Source of the DNA: Granulicella sp.
GTDB taxonomy: Bacteria > Acidobacteriota > Terriglobia > Terriglobales > Acidobacteriaceae
Assembly (NCBI GenBank): GCA_027339965.1
Contig: DAHWNL010000034.1
Span: 59,551-123,550, forward strand
Length of the DNA: 64,000 bases
Direction: 5' to 3'
Shown here: positions 30,801-42,196 of the stretch, piece by piece
How positions within the stretch are numbered: the stretch's first letter is position 1
How the letters are laid out: each line of letters starts with the position of its first letter
Program-made: the position numbers and the translations under genes
The notes under the pieces: generated by a model
What the model was told of the DNA's origin: nothing
Database searches by the model: none
What the model saw: the letters and a program-made list of their open reading frames with translations, nothing else

Positions 30801-31124
30801 GTGAGCCGTCGATTCCACATCTTCTTCTCGATCGCCGCCATCCTTCTGATTGTTGGCTCACAGCTATGTCAGCTCTGCGATCGTTGGGACACCATCGCTG
30901 ACTTTGGACATGATTCTGAGTTCATGTTCTTTGTCATAGGGCTCTGCATTGGGATGTGTCTCCTTTTAGCATGGCTGGCCGTGCGGCTCATCAGGGTCAT
31001 GCTTCTGCTGATCCTACGGATCTTCGAGGCCGCGCCAGCTGCCTGCGAGATGCATTTTCCTGACACCGGGTATCTACGCCTGCTCTTCTCTCCGCCTTTG
31101 AGTTCGACCTCCCTCCGCATCTAG
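30801..31124 (+). CDS. Small two-TM protein (CxxC..WD, HDSE, C-terminal SPP...LRI), probably leaderless, upstream of the RND operon
   Basis: GTG 30801 lies 6 nt after a perfect TATAAT (30789-30794); two hydrophobic stretches. Confidence 0.6.
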   Translation: MSRRFHIFFSIAAILLIVGSQLCQLCDRWDTIADFGHDSEFMFFVIGLCIGMCLLLAWLAVRLIRVMLLLILRIFEAAPAACEMHFPDTGYLRLLFSPPLSSTSLRI

Positions 31125-31208
31125 GCCCAGCTCTTCGTAGCGCGTGTCCGTGCACGTACAAGTTGCCGTGCGCTCATTTTCCTTCGGACAGCCATCAGCG
31201 GAGTCGTT

Positions 31209-32282
31209 ATGAAGACCCATCGCTTTGCCCCGTGGCGCAGCGCACTCCTTAGCTCGCGCGCTTCAGGTATCTGCGCCATTGCGCTAGCCTGTGCCCTATC
31301 TTCCCGTGGCCAAACACCCGATGCGAACACGATCACCGTCACGTTGCAACCGTTCATCGCCAAGCTGATCGCCTACGGCCAGGTGGAGCCCATCCAGCTT
31401 GTTCCGCTCATTGCCGCGGAGACAGGCGTCGTAGAAGGTCTGCGTGTCGTTCCCGGGACTCACGTTCATGCCGGCCAATCCCTGGCCACTCTCGCCGGTC
31501 CCACGATGCAAACGTTGCTTCTACAGAGTCAAGCCGAGGTCCGCAGCGCTCGCTCTGCCCTCGACGCTGCCCAAAAAAGCCTCGCGATCGAACGAGAGCA
31601 GTTGCCATCACACCTCACCACTCGCCAGGCCGTCCAGCAAGCAGATAGCGCCACAGCGCAGGCGCAGGCTGTCTACGATAGCGCCCAATCAAAGCTCGCC
31701 TCGGTGCGCCAGATGATGACGCTGACTGCTCCCACCGGGGGAATCGTCATCGCCATCAACAGCTCGAATGGCCAGCTCGTCAGCACTGGCCAGACGGTGA
31801 TCACCTTGCAGCCTGCCCTGGGCCTTTGGCTACACGCCAACTACTATGGTTCTGACCTTAGCTCAATCCATCCCGGTATGACCGGCACATTCGTGCCTTC
31901 CGATGGCAGCGCCTCCGTCCGCGTCCGCGTCTGCTCCGTCGCCGGAAGTCTTGCCGCCGGCGGCGGCGAATCTGTCTTTCTCTGCCCCCCGCGTAACAGC
32001 CATGCGTGGATCAATGGAGAGGCCGGTGAGGCTCGTATCGACCTTCCAAAGCAGAACTTCGCCATCGTACCCACCCGTGCGCTGGTTCTCAGTCAAGGCA
32101 AATGGTGGGTGCTGGTTCATAACCGCAAGGGTGACCATGCTCAGCAAGTGGAGCCTGACCATGCTCAAGGCTGGAATACCTTTATCAAGAATGGTCTGAC
32201 GCCTGGAATGCAGGTTATCGTCAACAACGCCTATCTTCTCTTCCACGCAAAAATAGCCGAACAGTTCCAGATACCCGACTGA
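31209..32282 (+). CDS. RND efflux periplasmic adaptor (MFP)
   Basis: Signal-like N-terminus, lipoyl halves (G.V..G..LA; AP.GG.V....GQ.V..G), helical hairpin, VP.ALV, GL.PG..V. Confidence 0.85.
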   Translation: MKTHRFAPWRSALLSSRASGICAIALACALSSRGQTPDANTITVTLQPFIAKLIAYGQVEPIQLVPLIAAETGVVEGLRVVPGTHVHAGQSLATLAGPTMQTLLLQSQAEVRSARSALDAAQKSLAIEREQLPSHLTTRQAVQQADSATAQAQAVYDSAQSKLASVRQMMTLTAPTGGIVIAINSSNGQLVSTGQTVITLQPALGLWLHANYYGSDLSSIHPGMTGTFVPSDGSASVRVRVCSVAGSLAAGGGESVFLCPPRNSHAWINGEAGEARIDLPKQNFAIVPTRALVLSQGKWWVLVHNRKGDHAQQVEPDHAQGWNTFIKNGLTPGMQVIVNNAYLLFHAKIAEQFQIPD

Positions 32283-32287
32283 CGCCC

Positions 32288-35200
32288 ATGACTGAGAAGA
32301 ACTTTCTTCGCAATCTCCTTTTGCAGCCAATCTTCTGGGTCCTGATCTACGGTGCTCTTGTTGCCTATGGTGTCTATGCCTGGTGGAAGATTCCTGTGGA
32401 AGTGCTGCCTCGCTTCAACTATCCGATGATCAGCGTCATCACTCATCAGCCCGGCGCCACGGCCACGGAGCTCGAAACCGGGATTGCATGGCCGTTGGAA
32501 GGTGAGCTGCTATCTCTACCCAATATCGTCGATGTCCGCTCCAGCATGGGTAACGGCGTTGTGGAGACCGATATCCGCTTTCGCGAGGGCACCAGTAACC
32601 AGATGGACCTCATGTCCGTCAACGGAGCCATTGATCGTGCCCATCCAGAGATGCCGCCCGGCGTGCAACCTGTTTCAGAGATTATGGGCAATGCCATCGA
32701 CGAAGTAGCTGATTATGCTCTTCAGATCCCGGCATCGGTGTCCCCTACCGAAACCCAGCACGCTATCATGGCCAACATTGCGCCTGAACTCCGCGCCCTG
32801 CCCGGCGTCGACCAGGTTGAAGTGTATGGCGCTGGCGAAGAAGCTCTCTGGGTCCAGCCCGATCTGGGCGCTATGGTTCGCTACGGCGTTTCCGTCACGG
32901 CCCTGCTCAGTGCTCTTCAACAACAGGTCCTTCTGAACCCCGGAGGTTACATCACGGCAGGCCATCAGGATATCTTCATCGAGGTCCGGAGCCTTCCCCG
33001 CCATATCGCCGATCTGGAAGACATCCCTGTTGCATCTTCCGGCGGCCCTATTCCGCTGCATGACCTGGCACACGTTGTGCGAGCCGCTGTACCCACTCTG
33101 AATGCAGCTCTGCTGGACAACCATGCCAGCGTGGCCATGATTATTTTCAAGCAACCCGATGCATCCACCATCCCTGTGGCTGAAAACATAGAACAGTACT
33201 TGAACGCCAACATCCGGCAACTGCCGCCGGGCGCTCACTGGGTGCGAATTTACAGCCAGGGCCATTTGGTCAAAAGCGTCGGCACGGATCTCAGCCGCAA
33301 TCTTCTCTTGGGCGGCATACTCGCGATTGGCGTTCTGCTCTGGGTTCTCGGCGCCGGCCGCGGCATCTGGATCCTTTCCCTTAGCATCCCTCTCTCTCTG
33401 TTGCTGGGCATCGCCGGCCTATACGCCGCCGGACAAAGCCTCAACCTGATGACCCTTGGTGCTCTCACCGTCGCCGTAGGCTTGCTCTGCGACGACGGCA
33501 TCATCGTTCTAGAGAGCATCTACCACCGTTGGGAAAAGGGCGACGACCGCTGGACCGGCGTCGTACAAGGCCTTAAGGATATCGCCGGTCCCGATGTCAC
33601 TGGCACCCTCGCCACCGTCTCCACCTTCACGCCTTTGCTTTTCGTCGGCGGCCTCGCCGGCCTCTTCTTCCTTCCCTTTGCCCTGGCGATGACCTTCTCG
33701 CTGCTCGCCTCCTTGCTGATCTCGGTCAGCTTGATTCCGCTCTGCCTTGGCTTCCTGGGAGCCAAGGCTCGCACCAAACCTACTCTTGCGGGCAAAGCGC
33801 TTGAGTTCCTGCGTGGAAAGAATCGGCTTCTTTTTGGAATCGTATCCCGTTACCCGCGCTGGAGCATGAGCGTCTGTGTCGCTCTCCTTCTTGCCAGCCT
33901 CGCCGGCCTCATCCTTGTGCCGATTGATTTCCTTCCGCTACCGAATGAAGGGGTATTGCTTGAAAGCTTCACTTTGCCTCCCGGCAGTTCGCTGGTGGAT
34001 ACCCAGGCCGCAGTCATGACCATGACGAAACACATGGCGTCCGACCCCGCTGTTAAGCATATCTACGCTCGCATTGGCTCCTCGTCCAACAGCATCTACA
34101 CTGATCCTGCTTACTCCGGCGAGATTCAGATCACCCTCAGGCACAGCATCAAGGTCAACTCGCTGGATGCTATCAGCAAGCGGCTGACGGAAGAAAGCCG
34201 GTTGGCCGGCGTGCAAACCTCCATCGACACACCCACCATCGAGCGAGTCGGCGAAAGTCTCTTTGGTCTGCCCCAGCCCTTCGTTCTTGACGTCTATGGC
34301 AGCAGCATTGCCACGATGCGCTCACTCGCCGCGCAGATCACCGATCGTCTTCGTCCCATCCCAGCGCTCAGCGGCATCTTCAATAATGACGGCTACCTCA
34401 TCACACAAGTCCAAATCACACCGAAGACCGCGGCCCTCGCCGCGCGGCATATCACCCCAGCACAGCTTTATGCGCAGATCTCTCCGTTGCTCAACGGTGC
34501 CATCGTGGCGCAGATACCCCAGGATAACGTCTCCCTCGCGCTGTACCTTCGACTGGCGGACGCACCCGGCCAGTCCCTGAACACACTCTCCCGTCTGCCC
34601 ATCCGCACGGATGGCTGGACCCCTCTGGGTCAGTTGGCCAACATCAGCCTCGGCCCCGCTCCCAGCACCATTCGCCACATTGACGGCGCACGCGCTCTTG
34701 AAATTCTCGCCACGCCCACCGGCCCTTTGAGCACCACGATGGCAGCCGCGCGCAAAGCCCTCTCCGGCCTGCCCCTTCCGCCCGGCTATCGCTACGAGTT
34801 CGGGGGTTTGCTCCCCCAGCTTGAAGATGCCGCCATCGGCTTGGTCGCCGCTGCCCTGGCGGCCTTCCTGCTGTTGGTCGCAATCCTGATTCTACAGTTT
34901 GACGGCCTGCTCATCCCCGGTCTCCTTCTCCTGCAGATTCCGCTGGCCTTCACCGGAGGCGCCATCGCTCTGGTCATCAGCGGGGTGGGGCTCAATGCCG
35001 TCGGCATGATCGCCTTCCTCACCCTGGTTGGCATCGGCCTCAACCATGGCATCGTGCTCCTCTACCGTACTCGCCGGAATGAGGCTTTCGGCATGGACCC
35101 GGAAGCGGCGGTTCGTGAAGCGGTCGAGGTTCGCTTCCGACCCATCGCTCTCACCACCCTTACCGCCGTTCTGGGCATGCTGCCCACGGCGATGGGCTGG

Positions 35201-35344
35201 GGCCAGGGAGCAGCGCCGGAACAGGGTCTCGCCGCCGTGGTTCTCGGAGGAATCCTATGGAGCGCCATCCTCAGCACCAACCTGTTACCCGCGCTCTACC
35301 TTCACATGCGCCGCAAGCAAATCTCCAGGGAGATCAAGGCATGA
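32288..35344 (+). CDS. RND efflux permease (AcrB/CusA superfamily)
   Basis: 1018 aa; PG....E, N.MTLG, TM4 DDGIIVLE, R.RPI..TTL...GMLP. Confidence 0.92.
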   Translation: MTEKNFLRNLLLQPIFWVLIYGALVAYGVYAWWKIPVEVLPRFNYPMISVITHQPGATATELETGIAWPLEGELLSLPNIVDVRSSMGNGVVETDIRFREGTSNQMDLMSVNGAIDRAHPEMPPGVQPVSEIMGNAIDEVADYALQIPASVSPTETQHAIMANIAPELRALPGVDQVEVYGAGEEALWVQPDLGAMVRYGVSVTALLSALQQQVLLNPGGYITAGHQDIFIEVRSLPRHIADLEDIPVASSGGPIPLHDLAHVVRAAVPTLNAALLDNHASVAMIIFKQPDASTIPVAENIEQYLNANIRQLPPGAHWVRIYSQGHLVKSVGTDLSRNLLLGGILAIGVLLWVLGAGRGIWILSLSIPLSLLLGIAGLYAAGQSLNLMTLGALTVAVGLLCDDGIIVLESIYHRWEKGDDRWTGVVQGLKDIAGPDVTGTLATVSTFTPLLFVGGLAGLFFLPFALAMTFSLLASLLISVSLIPLCLGFLGAKARTKPTLAGKALEFLRGKNRLLFGIVSRYPRWSMSVCVALLLASLAGLILVPIDFLPLPNEGVLLESFTLPPGSSLVDTQAAVMTMTKHMASDPAVKHIYARIGSSSNSIYTDPAYSGEIQITLRHSIKVNSLDAISKRLTEESRLAGVQTSIDTPTIERVGESLFGLPQPFVLDVYGSSIATMRSLAAQITDRLRPIPALSGIFNNDGYLITQVQITPKTAALAARHITPAQLYAQISPLLNGAIVAQIPQDNVSLALYLRLADAPGQSLNTLSRLPIRTDGWTPLGQLANISLGPAPSTIRHIDGARALEILATPTGPLSTTMAAARKALSGLPLPPGYRYEFGGLLPQLEDAAIGLVAAALAAFLLLVAILILQFDGLLIPGLLLLQIPLAFTGGAIALVISGVGLNAVGMIAFLTLVGIGLNHGIVLLYRTRRNEAFGMDPEAAVREAVEVRFRPIALTTLTAVLGMLPTAMGWGQGAAPEQGLAAVVLGGILWSAILSTNLLPALYLHMRRKQISREIKA

Positions 35345-36678
35345 ACACCCGACAAGTCGTTTTTTCTCCCACTGTTTTGCTCTTCTGCCTTTCTCTCGTG
35401 GGCTGCGCACACTACCATGCGGATCCGCTGCCCACTGCGCCCGATCTCCAAAGAACCCCACAGCTCACGGTAACTGCCAGAGAGTTCTGGCTGCCCGGCC
35501 TCACCGAGCACGCTGTTTCTACGAGTGGCCTTGATCAAACCACGGTGATGACCCTGGCTGTCTTCAACAACCCTAATCTCAAAGCGGCGCGACTTCAGGC
35601 CGGCATCGCCGGCGCCCAACTTCTCCAGGCGGGCCTGCTTCCCGATCCTCAGTTCAATACCGGTTTCGCAACCTCCGCACTGAACTACGGCGGCGCATTG
35701 GGGCTCAACCAACAGATTCAGACGTTGCTTACCCGCGGCGCAGCCAAGGCCGCCGCACGGGCGTCGGCACAGCAGGTCAATCTCAATATTCTCTGGCAGG
35801 AATGGCAGGTCGCCGAGCAGGCCCGCGAGCTCTTCATCCAGACGCGCACCAACTCACAGCTGCTTTCCGTTCTCCGCTCGGCGCGGCTCCTTGTCGCCAA
35901 TCGCTACCTCTGCGACCGGGCTGCCATGCAGCGCGGAGACGCCACCGCCGCCACCGTCGCAACTGACCTGTACACGCTCTCCAGCGCGGATGCATCCCTG
36001 CGCCAACTGCAAGCCCAAATCAGCCTGAACCATCAGACCCTCAACGCTCTGCTTGGCCTGGATCCGAGTGTGCATCTGCATCTCATCGGCCCCATCTCCG
36101 TGCCGGCGCTCAGCGATGCTGAATATAGATCTGCCGCCGCCGCGCTGCCGCATCACCGCGCTGACCTTCTGGCTCTCCAGGCCGGCTACCAAAGCCAGGA
36201 AGAGACCCTCCGTCGAGCTATTCTTGCTCAATTTCCGGCACTCAGCGCCGGCGTGGAACTGGAGCGCGATCCAGTGGAAGGCGTCAACGCCGGTGGTCCA
36301 GAGATTTCCTTGAGCCTCCCTCTGTTCAACCGCAATCGCGGCCAGATCGCAATCGAGCGAGCCACCCGAGCCGTCCTCCGCCAGACCTACCAGGCTCGTC
36401 TCGACTCCGCCCAAAGCCAGACCGAACAGGTCTGGCAGGCATCCAAGATCCTCACCGCCCAGCTAAAGCAGCTCGACGTCCAGTTGCCTGAATTGGCCCA
36501 GGCCGCCGACGCAGCCCAGCAGAGCCTGCGCAAGTACAACCTCAACGCCGCGCTCTATGTCACGTTAGAGTCCAATCTACTGGGAAAACAGGCCGAAGAG
36601 ATTCGGTTGCGAGAATCGTTGGAATCCGCTCGATCAGCCCTCAGAACGCTACTTGGGCTGCCGTTCGACGCTCCCTGA
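35341..36678 (+). CDS. TolC-family outer membrane factor (lipoprotein)
   Basis: Lipobox LVGC, NP.L.AAR, LPLFNRNRG; ATGA overlap with the permease stop. Confidence 0.88.
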   Translation: MNTRQVVFSPTVLLFCLSLVGCAHYHADPLPTAPDLQRTPQLTVTAREFWLPGLTEHAVSTSGLDQTTVMTLAVFNNPNLKAARLQAGIAGAQLLQAGLLPDPQFNTGFATSALNYGGALGLNQQIQTLLTRGAAKAAARASAQQVNLNILWQEWQVAEQARELFIQTRTNSQLLSVLRSARLLVANRYLCDRAAMQRGDATAATVATDLYTLSSADASLRQLQAQISLNHQTLNALLGLDPSVHLHLIGPISVPALSDAEYRSAAAALPHHRADLLALQAGYQSQEETLRRAILAQFPALSAGVELERDPVEGVNAGGPEISLSLPLFNRNRGQIAIERATRAVLRQTYQARLDSAQSQTEQVWQASKILTAQLKQLDVQLPELAQAADAAQQSLRKYNLNAALYVTLESNLLGKQAEEIRLRESLESARSALRTLLGLPFDAP

Positions 36679-36893
36679 ACACGCAATCGGCGCCCCTCTG
36701 GACACCGCCAAAGTGATTCTGGATGAGAACCCCAGTGTTCTTGTGCGACGGGGCCTTGTTCATTCCGGCGCCAACAGATTCATCTTCCAGTCTTAGCCCG
36801 GGCCTCTCCTGAGCGGTAGGCCGCATTCCGCCGACACGGCTCTGCACGATCACCCGAGGAAAACTTTTCCTCGCTCTCAAAATTCTCTGCCGG

Positions 36894-39020
36894 TTATCGT
36901 TCGTCCGCCTGCGTCTGCTCCAGAACCGCCACGCCGTAGATCCCCAGGTCAAGAGAATGCACCGTCTGCCCCGTCAGCACGTTCTGCATCGTCACAGGCA
37001 GATCGACCGTCTGATTCTGATCGCCATCGTTTTCGACGATGAAGATCTCATGATCCTTGGAGTGGCGCCGGTAGACCTCCACACCCTTGGGAACGGCAAA
37101 AAGATCGGGACGGAGGCCACTTTCCCTTGCCATCCACTGCACGGCGCGCTGCATAGCTGGCGCATCAAGCCATGCGCCGACGTAGGTGATCGAGCCACCG
37201 CCAACCTTCCGCGTCACCGCGGCGGGCTGTCCATCGAACCAGGAGTGCGGGGCATCGTACTTCATCAGAATCTTCACATCCGCGCCTTGCACGGTTAGCG
37301 GCTCAGCGAATAACAGAGCCCTCGCGTCTCCCCAAGCGCCATCCGCTTCAACTGGATTCGCCAACGCTGTGTACTGCTGGACGCGTGCGCCCAGCAATCC
37401 CTCCAGCGGTCCGGGCTGGAGCTGTGGCCACCGGGCATCGTAATCGTCCTTCATCGCCGAGCGCTGCCCTAGCACGAGATTTCCACCCTGCTTCACGTAG
37501 CGCTCCAGGTTGGTTGCCTGCGCCTGGGTGAGCACATTCAGCGCGGGCGCGATGACAAGTTTGTACTTGCTTAGATCTCGGTCGGGCGGAACGATGTCAA
37601 TCGTGTAGCCCAGGTCATGCAGAGGGATGTAATAGTTCAATAGTGCTTGGATCGCATTGTATGCAGGGTTCATCTTCTGCCAGTTAATCGTCCAGCGACT
37701 GGGATAGGATTGCAGGATCGCCACATGCGCATGGACCTGACTCCCCCGGAGAGCAGGACCGGCTCTTTCAAACTCCTGTCCTACCTGCGCAATCTCTGCA
37801 TAAATCGGGTCCGGCCGGCCGTCAACATCAACAATCGCCCCGTGATTCTGCTCCCCACCGTTGAGCGCGTCGCGCCACTGCCAATAGCTGATCAGATTCG
37901 CTCCATGGCCGATGTCGTGCCACATCACAGCCCGCATCGCCCCCTTGGGAAGCATCACGCTGGCATCGCCACCGCCACGCGGCCCCGCGGTGGTTTCCAT
38001 CACCCAGAAATCAGCACCTTTCAACCCCCGCATCAGATCATTCGCCGCGCCATTGGTCACCGGATCAAACTTTCCACTCACCTGCGGGTTATCCCACGCG
38101 ACGATATCCAGATCGTGGGCAACCGTGTAGTGATCGTAAAGGTCAAACCAGCCCATCATGTTGGTGGTGATCACTTGCCGGGGTGCAGCGTACTTGCGAA
38201 TGGCATCGATTTGCACCTTTTGATAGCCGCGCAGCGAGTCGGTGATAAAGCGTTTGGAGTCAAGCCATAGTCCGGGATTGTTCTCCTGGGTTCCATCGAC
38301 CAGCGGAATCTCGCCAAAGGCAGAGTAGGTCTGATTGTCGTACGCGGTGGTCCAAGCCTGGTTCAGCCGGTCGATGCTCCCATAACGCGCCTGGAGCCAG
38401 ACGTGAAACTGGGCTTGCGTTTGGGCATCAAACGACATCCTGGAGTACTCATTATCGATCTGCCAGCCGATGACATCAGGATTTTTTCCAAAACGTTGCG
38501 CCAGTTTTTCATCGATCTCGCGCACGAACCGACGATAGCGAAGGCTGCACCAGTTGTAGTGATTGCGGGTGGCGCCGAAATAACGCTGACCGATTGGATC
38601 AGTCACCATGATGTCCGGGTACTTGGCTTCCATCCAAACCGGAGGCGCTGCCGACGGCGTCCCCAGGATCACATAGATTCCATGCTTTGCAGCGAGGTTT
38701 ACAGCTCGCTGCAGCCAATCCAGTTGATATCTTCCTTCTTCCGGCTCCAGTGCCGTCCAGGCAAACTCTCCCACACGCACAACATGTATGTGGGCCTTTT
38801 GCATCAACTCCAGATCCGTCTCCCAGCGCGACTCAGGCCATTGCTCGGGGTACCACGCCGCTCCCAAGAGCAATGACGGAGACTGAACCTGACGGGGTAA
38901 GCCCAAAGTGCTCTGGCAGTTTGCCCGCCAGGCCGCCGACAGGCATCCCAAACCCAGGAGTAAAAGGAGCCGCCCTGCAAGCGATGCGATCCAGTACTTC
39001 CCTTCTTTCCTCGAGATCAC
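36894..39020 (-). CDS. Beta-galactosidase, GH42, with signal peptide
   Basis: YPEQW, GEFAW..LEP, WQIDNE acid/base, VME nucleophile, E..HG; hydrophobic N-terminal leader. Confidence 0.9.
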   Translation of the reverse strand: MISRKEGKYWIASLAGRLLLLLGLGCLSAAWRANCQSTLGLPRQVQSPSLLLGAAWYPEQWPESRWETDLELMQKAHIHVVRVGEFAWTALEPEEGRYQLDWLQRAVNLAAKHGIYVILGTPSAAPPVWMEAKYPDIMVTDPIGQRYFGATRNHYNWCSLRYRRFVREIDEKLAQRFGKNPDVIGWQIDNEYSRMSFDAQTQAQFHVWLQARYGSIDRLNQAWTTAYDNQTYSAFGEIPLVDGTQENNPGLWLDSKRFITDSLRGYQKVQIDAIRKYAAPRQVITTNMMGWFDLYDHYTVAHDLDIVAWDNPQVSGKFDPVTNGAANDLMRGLKGADFWVMETTAGPRGGGDASVMLPKGAMRAVMWHDIGHGANLISYWQWRDALNGGEQNHGAIVDVDGRPDPIYAEIAQVGQEFERAGPALRGSQVHAHVAILQSYPSRWTINWQKMNPAYNAIQALLNYYIPLHDLGYTIDIVPPDRDLSKYKLVIAPALNVLTQAQATNLERYVKQGGNLVLGQRSAMKDDYDARWPQLQPGPLEGLLGARVQQYTALANPVEADGAWGDARALLFAEPLTVQGADVKILMKYDAPHSWFDGQPAAVTRKVGGGSITYVGAWLDAPAMQRAVQWMARESGLRPDLFAVPKGVEVYRRHSKDHEIFIVENDGDQNQTVDLPVTMQNVLTGQTVHSLDLGIYGVAVLEQTQADER

Positions 39021-39680
39021 CCTGTCTCCTTATCCAGCATGCGGGCGTTTCACACGCTCACCGCTCCCCAACCGAATGCCCCGCGTTATGGTTATCGAGC
39101 TCTCAGGAGTTCGGCCCTTCAGCCGCACAGCGTTAGATCCTGCCCGGAAAGCCTTAGCGGTCTTGAACTTCCGTCCTCACGGCCCGATTCCTTTGAACAA
39201 AGGCGAAACGCGCCAGGCCGGGTCTCCGTTTCAAGAACACACAGGATAACCAGCGGGAGATCAGCAACACGGAAAAAAGTTCTTTGGATGACCCAAGGAA
39301 CGCTCTCCGTGTCCCGAAAGCATGTTAGTCGATTGGAATTGATCGCTACAAGCCTCTGGCCAAAAATCTGCCGTAATCGTCAAGAGCCCGCGGCTGGCGG
39401 GTTGGCGAAGACCGAATGAGCATCTCTGCGGGACACGCTGCGCATACCATTGGCGGATGACCGAGGGTTGCCTTACGGTCAACCTCCACCTCTTCCAGAA
39501 ATCCCTTCAGAGGCTCGATGGCGACGGCCTGGCGTGCACATCTCTGTCACAAAAGCGCTCGCGGAGGTAGAGAAACGCGTTGAGGTCACACTGAACGGTG
39601 TCGTCCACGGTCTTCAGCTTCCTCTTCGTGTCCTGTCCGCTCCTGCCAGTGGCCAGATGGCCCAACTTCGGCATGCAAGC

Positions 39681-41942
39681 TCAATATGCGGCCAAATCGC
39701 GCATTGCTGCATAGAGATGCTCCGCCTGGGGCAGAATCTGATTCTCCAGCAGCGGCTGGTAGGCCACGAACGTGTCCATGGCGCCGACCCTTCGCACGGG
39801 CGCATCCAGATCGTCAAATAGCTCTTCGCCGATCCGCGCCGCGATCTCCGCTCCATATCCCCAGCTCTTCATGTCCTCATGCGCCACCAGCACCCTGCTT
39901 GTTTTCCTCACTGAAGCCGCAATCGTCTCCCAGTCGTAGGGGCTGAGCGTGCGAAGATCAAGCAGCTCCACATCCACTCCCAACTCCCGCTCCAGCCGCT
40001 CGGCGGCCTGCAGCGCCCTTGGCACCACAGCGCCGTAACTGATGACCGTCATGTCCTTCCCTGGTCTCACGATGGATGCCTTACCAAACGGAATCATATA
40101 CTCTGGCCCGGGGTAGGGCGCCCTGCCGAAGACAGCCCGGTAGAGATGCTTGTGCTCCAGAAACAGCACCGGATCATCGCAGCGAATGGCCGTTCGCAAT
40201 AACCCGATCGCGTCCAACGCGTTGGACGGCATGACCACTCTGACTCCAGGAGTGTGCGTGAAGATGCTCTCTCCTGACTGGGAGTGATAGATGGATCCTC
40301 CAGTCAGATACCCACCGGTAGGAACGCGCATCACCAGGGGACAGCTGAACTGCCCGTTGGAACGCCAGCGCATCAGCGATAACTCGTTTCGCATCTGATG
40401 CATCGCCGGCCAGATATAGTCAAAAAACTGAATCTCCACAACTGGCTTCAATCCCCGCACGGCCATTCCAATCGCACGGCCGGTAATATTCGCCTCCGCT
40501 AACGGAGAGTTCCAAACCCGATCCTTGCCAAACTCATTCTGTAGCCCATGGGTGACCTTGAACACTCCTCCCTTGCCCCTAAGCTTGTTTTGCTTGACTC
40601 CGGCGTCCCTGCTCAGGTCGGCAACATCTTCGCCAAACACCACGATCCGTTCATCCCTCCGCATCTCATCGCGCAAGCAGTGATTGATCTGGTCCAACAT
40701 CGTATGTTCGGTGGTGCTCGCAGTCGTCTTCATGGCGCTTGCAAAGACCGCATCGGTCGGCTTGAGCGCCTCGGAGTACACCTCTTTCAGAATGGACTCC
40801 GGCTTTGCAAGCACCGCCGCCAACGCCTTGTCGGTAGCCCTCTGCACCTCCTCGTCCACCTTGCGCTCCAGCGCATTGATTCCGTCCGCATCGAGAATCC
40901 CCTCGCGCAGCAGCCACATCTGCATCCGATAGATAGGATCCTTCAGTGCATCGGCCTGGATCTCCTCCGGGCTCCTGTAATTCGTCTCGTCATCGGACTG
41001 CGAGTGAGAGTACGGCCGAACCACATGCCCATGCACCAAGGCCGGCCCGCGTCCCGCCCGGCAATGGGCTGCAGCCTCGACCATCGCCGCATAGCTGGCC
41101 ATCGCATCCGTTCCGTCGACCTCGGCAAAATAGAAGTTGGGGAAGTTGGCAATCAGTCTCGAAATGTTTCCTCCCGGAGTGTTCACCTCCACCGGCGTAG
41201 AGATGGCGTAACCGTTATCCTCAATCAAATAGAGCACGGGAAGCTTCTCATTTGAAGCCGTATTCAATGACTCCCAGAACTCACCCTGACTGGTGGATCC
41301 TTCTCCAAGCGAAACATAAACAACCTCATCGGACTGAAACTTGACATCCTTGAATTGACGATAATCGATCCCTTCAGCCGGCTTCTTTGCCGCGTCGGGA
41401 TGCCGGGAAAAGTACCGTCCAGCCTCGGCGCAGCCCACGGCATGCAGACACTGGGTGGTGGTGGAGGACGACGGAGATACTACATTCAACCGCCGGCTGG
41501 TCCAATGCGACGGCATCTGCCGTCCTCCACTGGCCGGATCATTCTCCGCGCCTACGGCCTGCAGCAGTTGTTCCTCTACCGTATTTCCAAGCGTCAAACA
41601 CAGCGCCCGATCGCGATAGTACGGGAAGAACCAGTCATAGCCTGCCTTCAGCACCATGCCGGCTGCCACCAGCAGCGCCTCATGCCCGGCGCAGGAGATC
41701 TGGAAGAAGCTCTTTTGCTGCTTCTTCAGTTGAATCTCGCGATCATCCGTTCGCCGCGACAGGTACATCAACCGGTAGAACTCGATCCATTGCTCGCGGC
41801 TCAATCCCGCCAGGCTACCCTGCCTTTGGCTCTTGCCCGCGGTGCCCTCTTGCGCCATCACAAGGGTTGTCTCTCCGCCAGTGGAACCTGCTGCCAGCGC
41901 ACGCCCCGCGGCCCTTCCATGAAGACTATTCCTCTGCACCAC
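39681..41942 (-). CDS. 2-oxoacid dehydrogenase E1 alpha/beta fusion (branched-chain-like)
   Basis: GHEA, PYYRD, TPP motif GEG...GE..E..N..N, HS.SDD, GEDV, EIQF.DY, EHK; AAGGAGG before GTG 41942 (alternative ATG 41858). Confidence 0.9.
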   Translation of the reverse strand: MVQRNSLHGRAAGRALAAGSTGGETTLVMAQEGTAGKSQRQGSLAGLSREQWIEFYRLMYLSRRTDDREIQLKKQQKSFFQISCAGHEALLVAAGMVLKAGYDWFFPYYRDRALCLTLGNTVEEQLLQAVGAENDPASGGRQMPSHWTSRRLNVVSPSSSTTTQCLHAVGCAEAGRYFSRHPDAAKKPAEGIDYRQFKDVKFQSDEVVYVSLGEGSTSQGEFWESLNTASNEKLPVLYLIEDNGYAISTPVEVNTPGGNISRLIANFPNFYFAEVDGTDAMASYAAMVEAAAHCRAGRGPALVHGHVVRPYSHSQSDDETNYRSPEEIQADALKDPIYRMQMWLLREGILDADGINALERKVDEEVQRATDKALAAVLAKPESILKEVYSEALKPTDAVFASAMKTTASTTEHTMLDQINHCLRDEMRRDERIVVFGEDVADLSRDAGVKQNKLRGKGGVFKVTHGLQNEFGKDRVWNSPLAEANITGRAIGMAVRGLKPVVEIQFFDYIWPAMHQMRNELSLMRWRSNGQFSCPLVMRVPTGGYLTGGSIYHSQSGESIFTHTPGVRVVMPSNALDAIGLLRTAIRCDDPVLFLEHKHLYRAVFGRAPYPGPEYMIPFGKASIVRPGKDMTVISYGAVVPRALQAAERLERELGVDVELLDLRTLSPYDWETIAASVRKTSRVLVAHEDMKSWGYGAEIAARIGEELFDDLDAPVRRVGAMDTFVAYQPLLENQILPQAEHLYAAMRDLAAY

Positions 41943-42196
41943 AGCGAGTTCCCTCCTTCACGAGCCATCGAAGATTCTACTCATATTCTCAGTCTCCAGA
42001 GTAGTCCCTCTTTCCACAAAGGAGGCCGGCGAGCTGGAAACCGGCCACTCGCCGGCGGAGGGGATCTTCGCCTACCCAGAACGCCAGGACCCTCCCAGGC
42101 AATCACGGGACAAGCCTCAGACGGTTATGGGGTTTTGCGAGAGACGCCCTCCAGTATTCTTTACCTTAACAGCTACTTTCAGGATCCCACGATTCG

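Noticed and set aside
39021..39680. Gene or pseudogene in the 660-bp gap between GH42 and E1
   Set aside because: Only short fragments in different frames with no recognisable motif; a tblastn search would be needed
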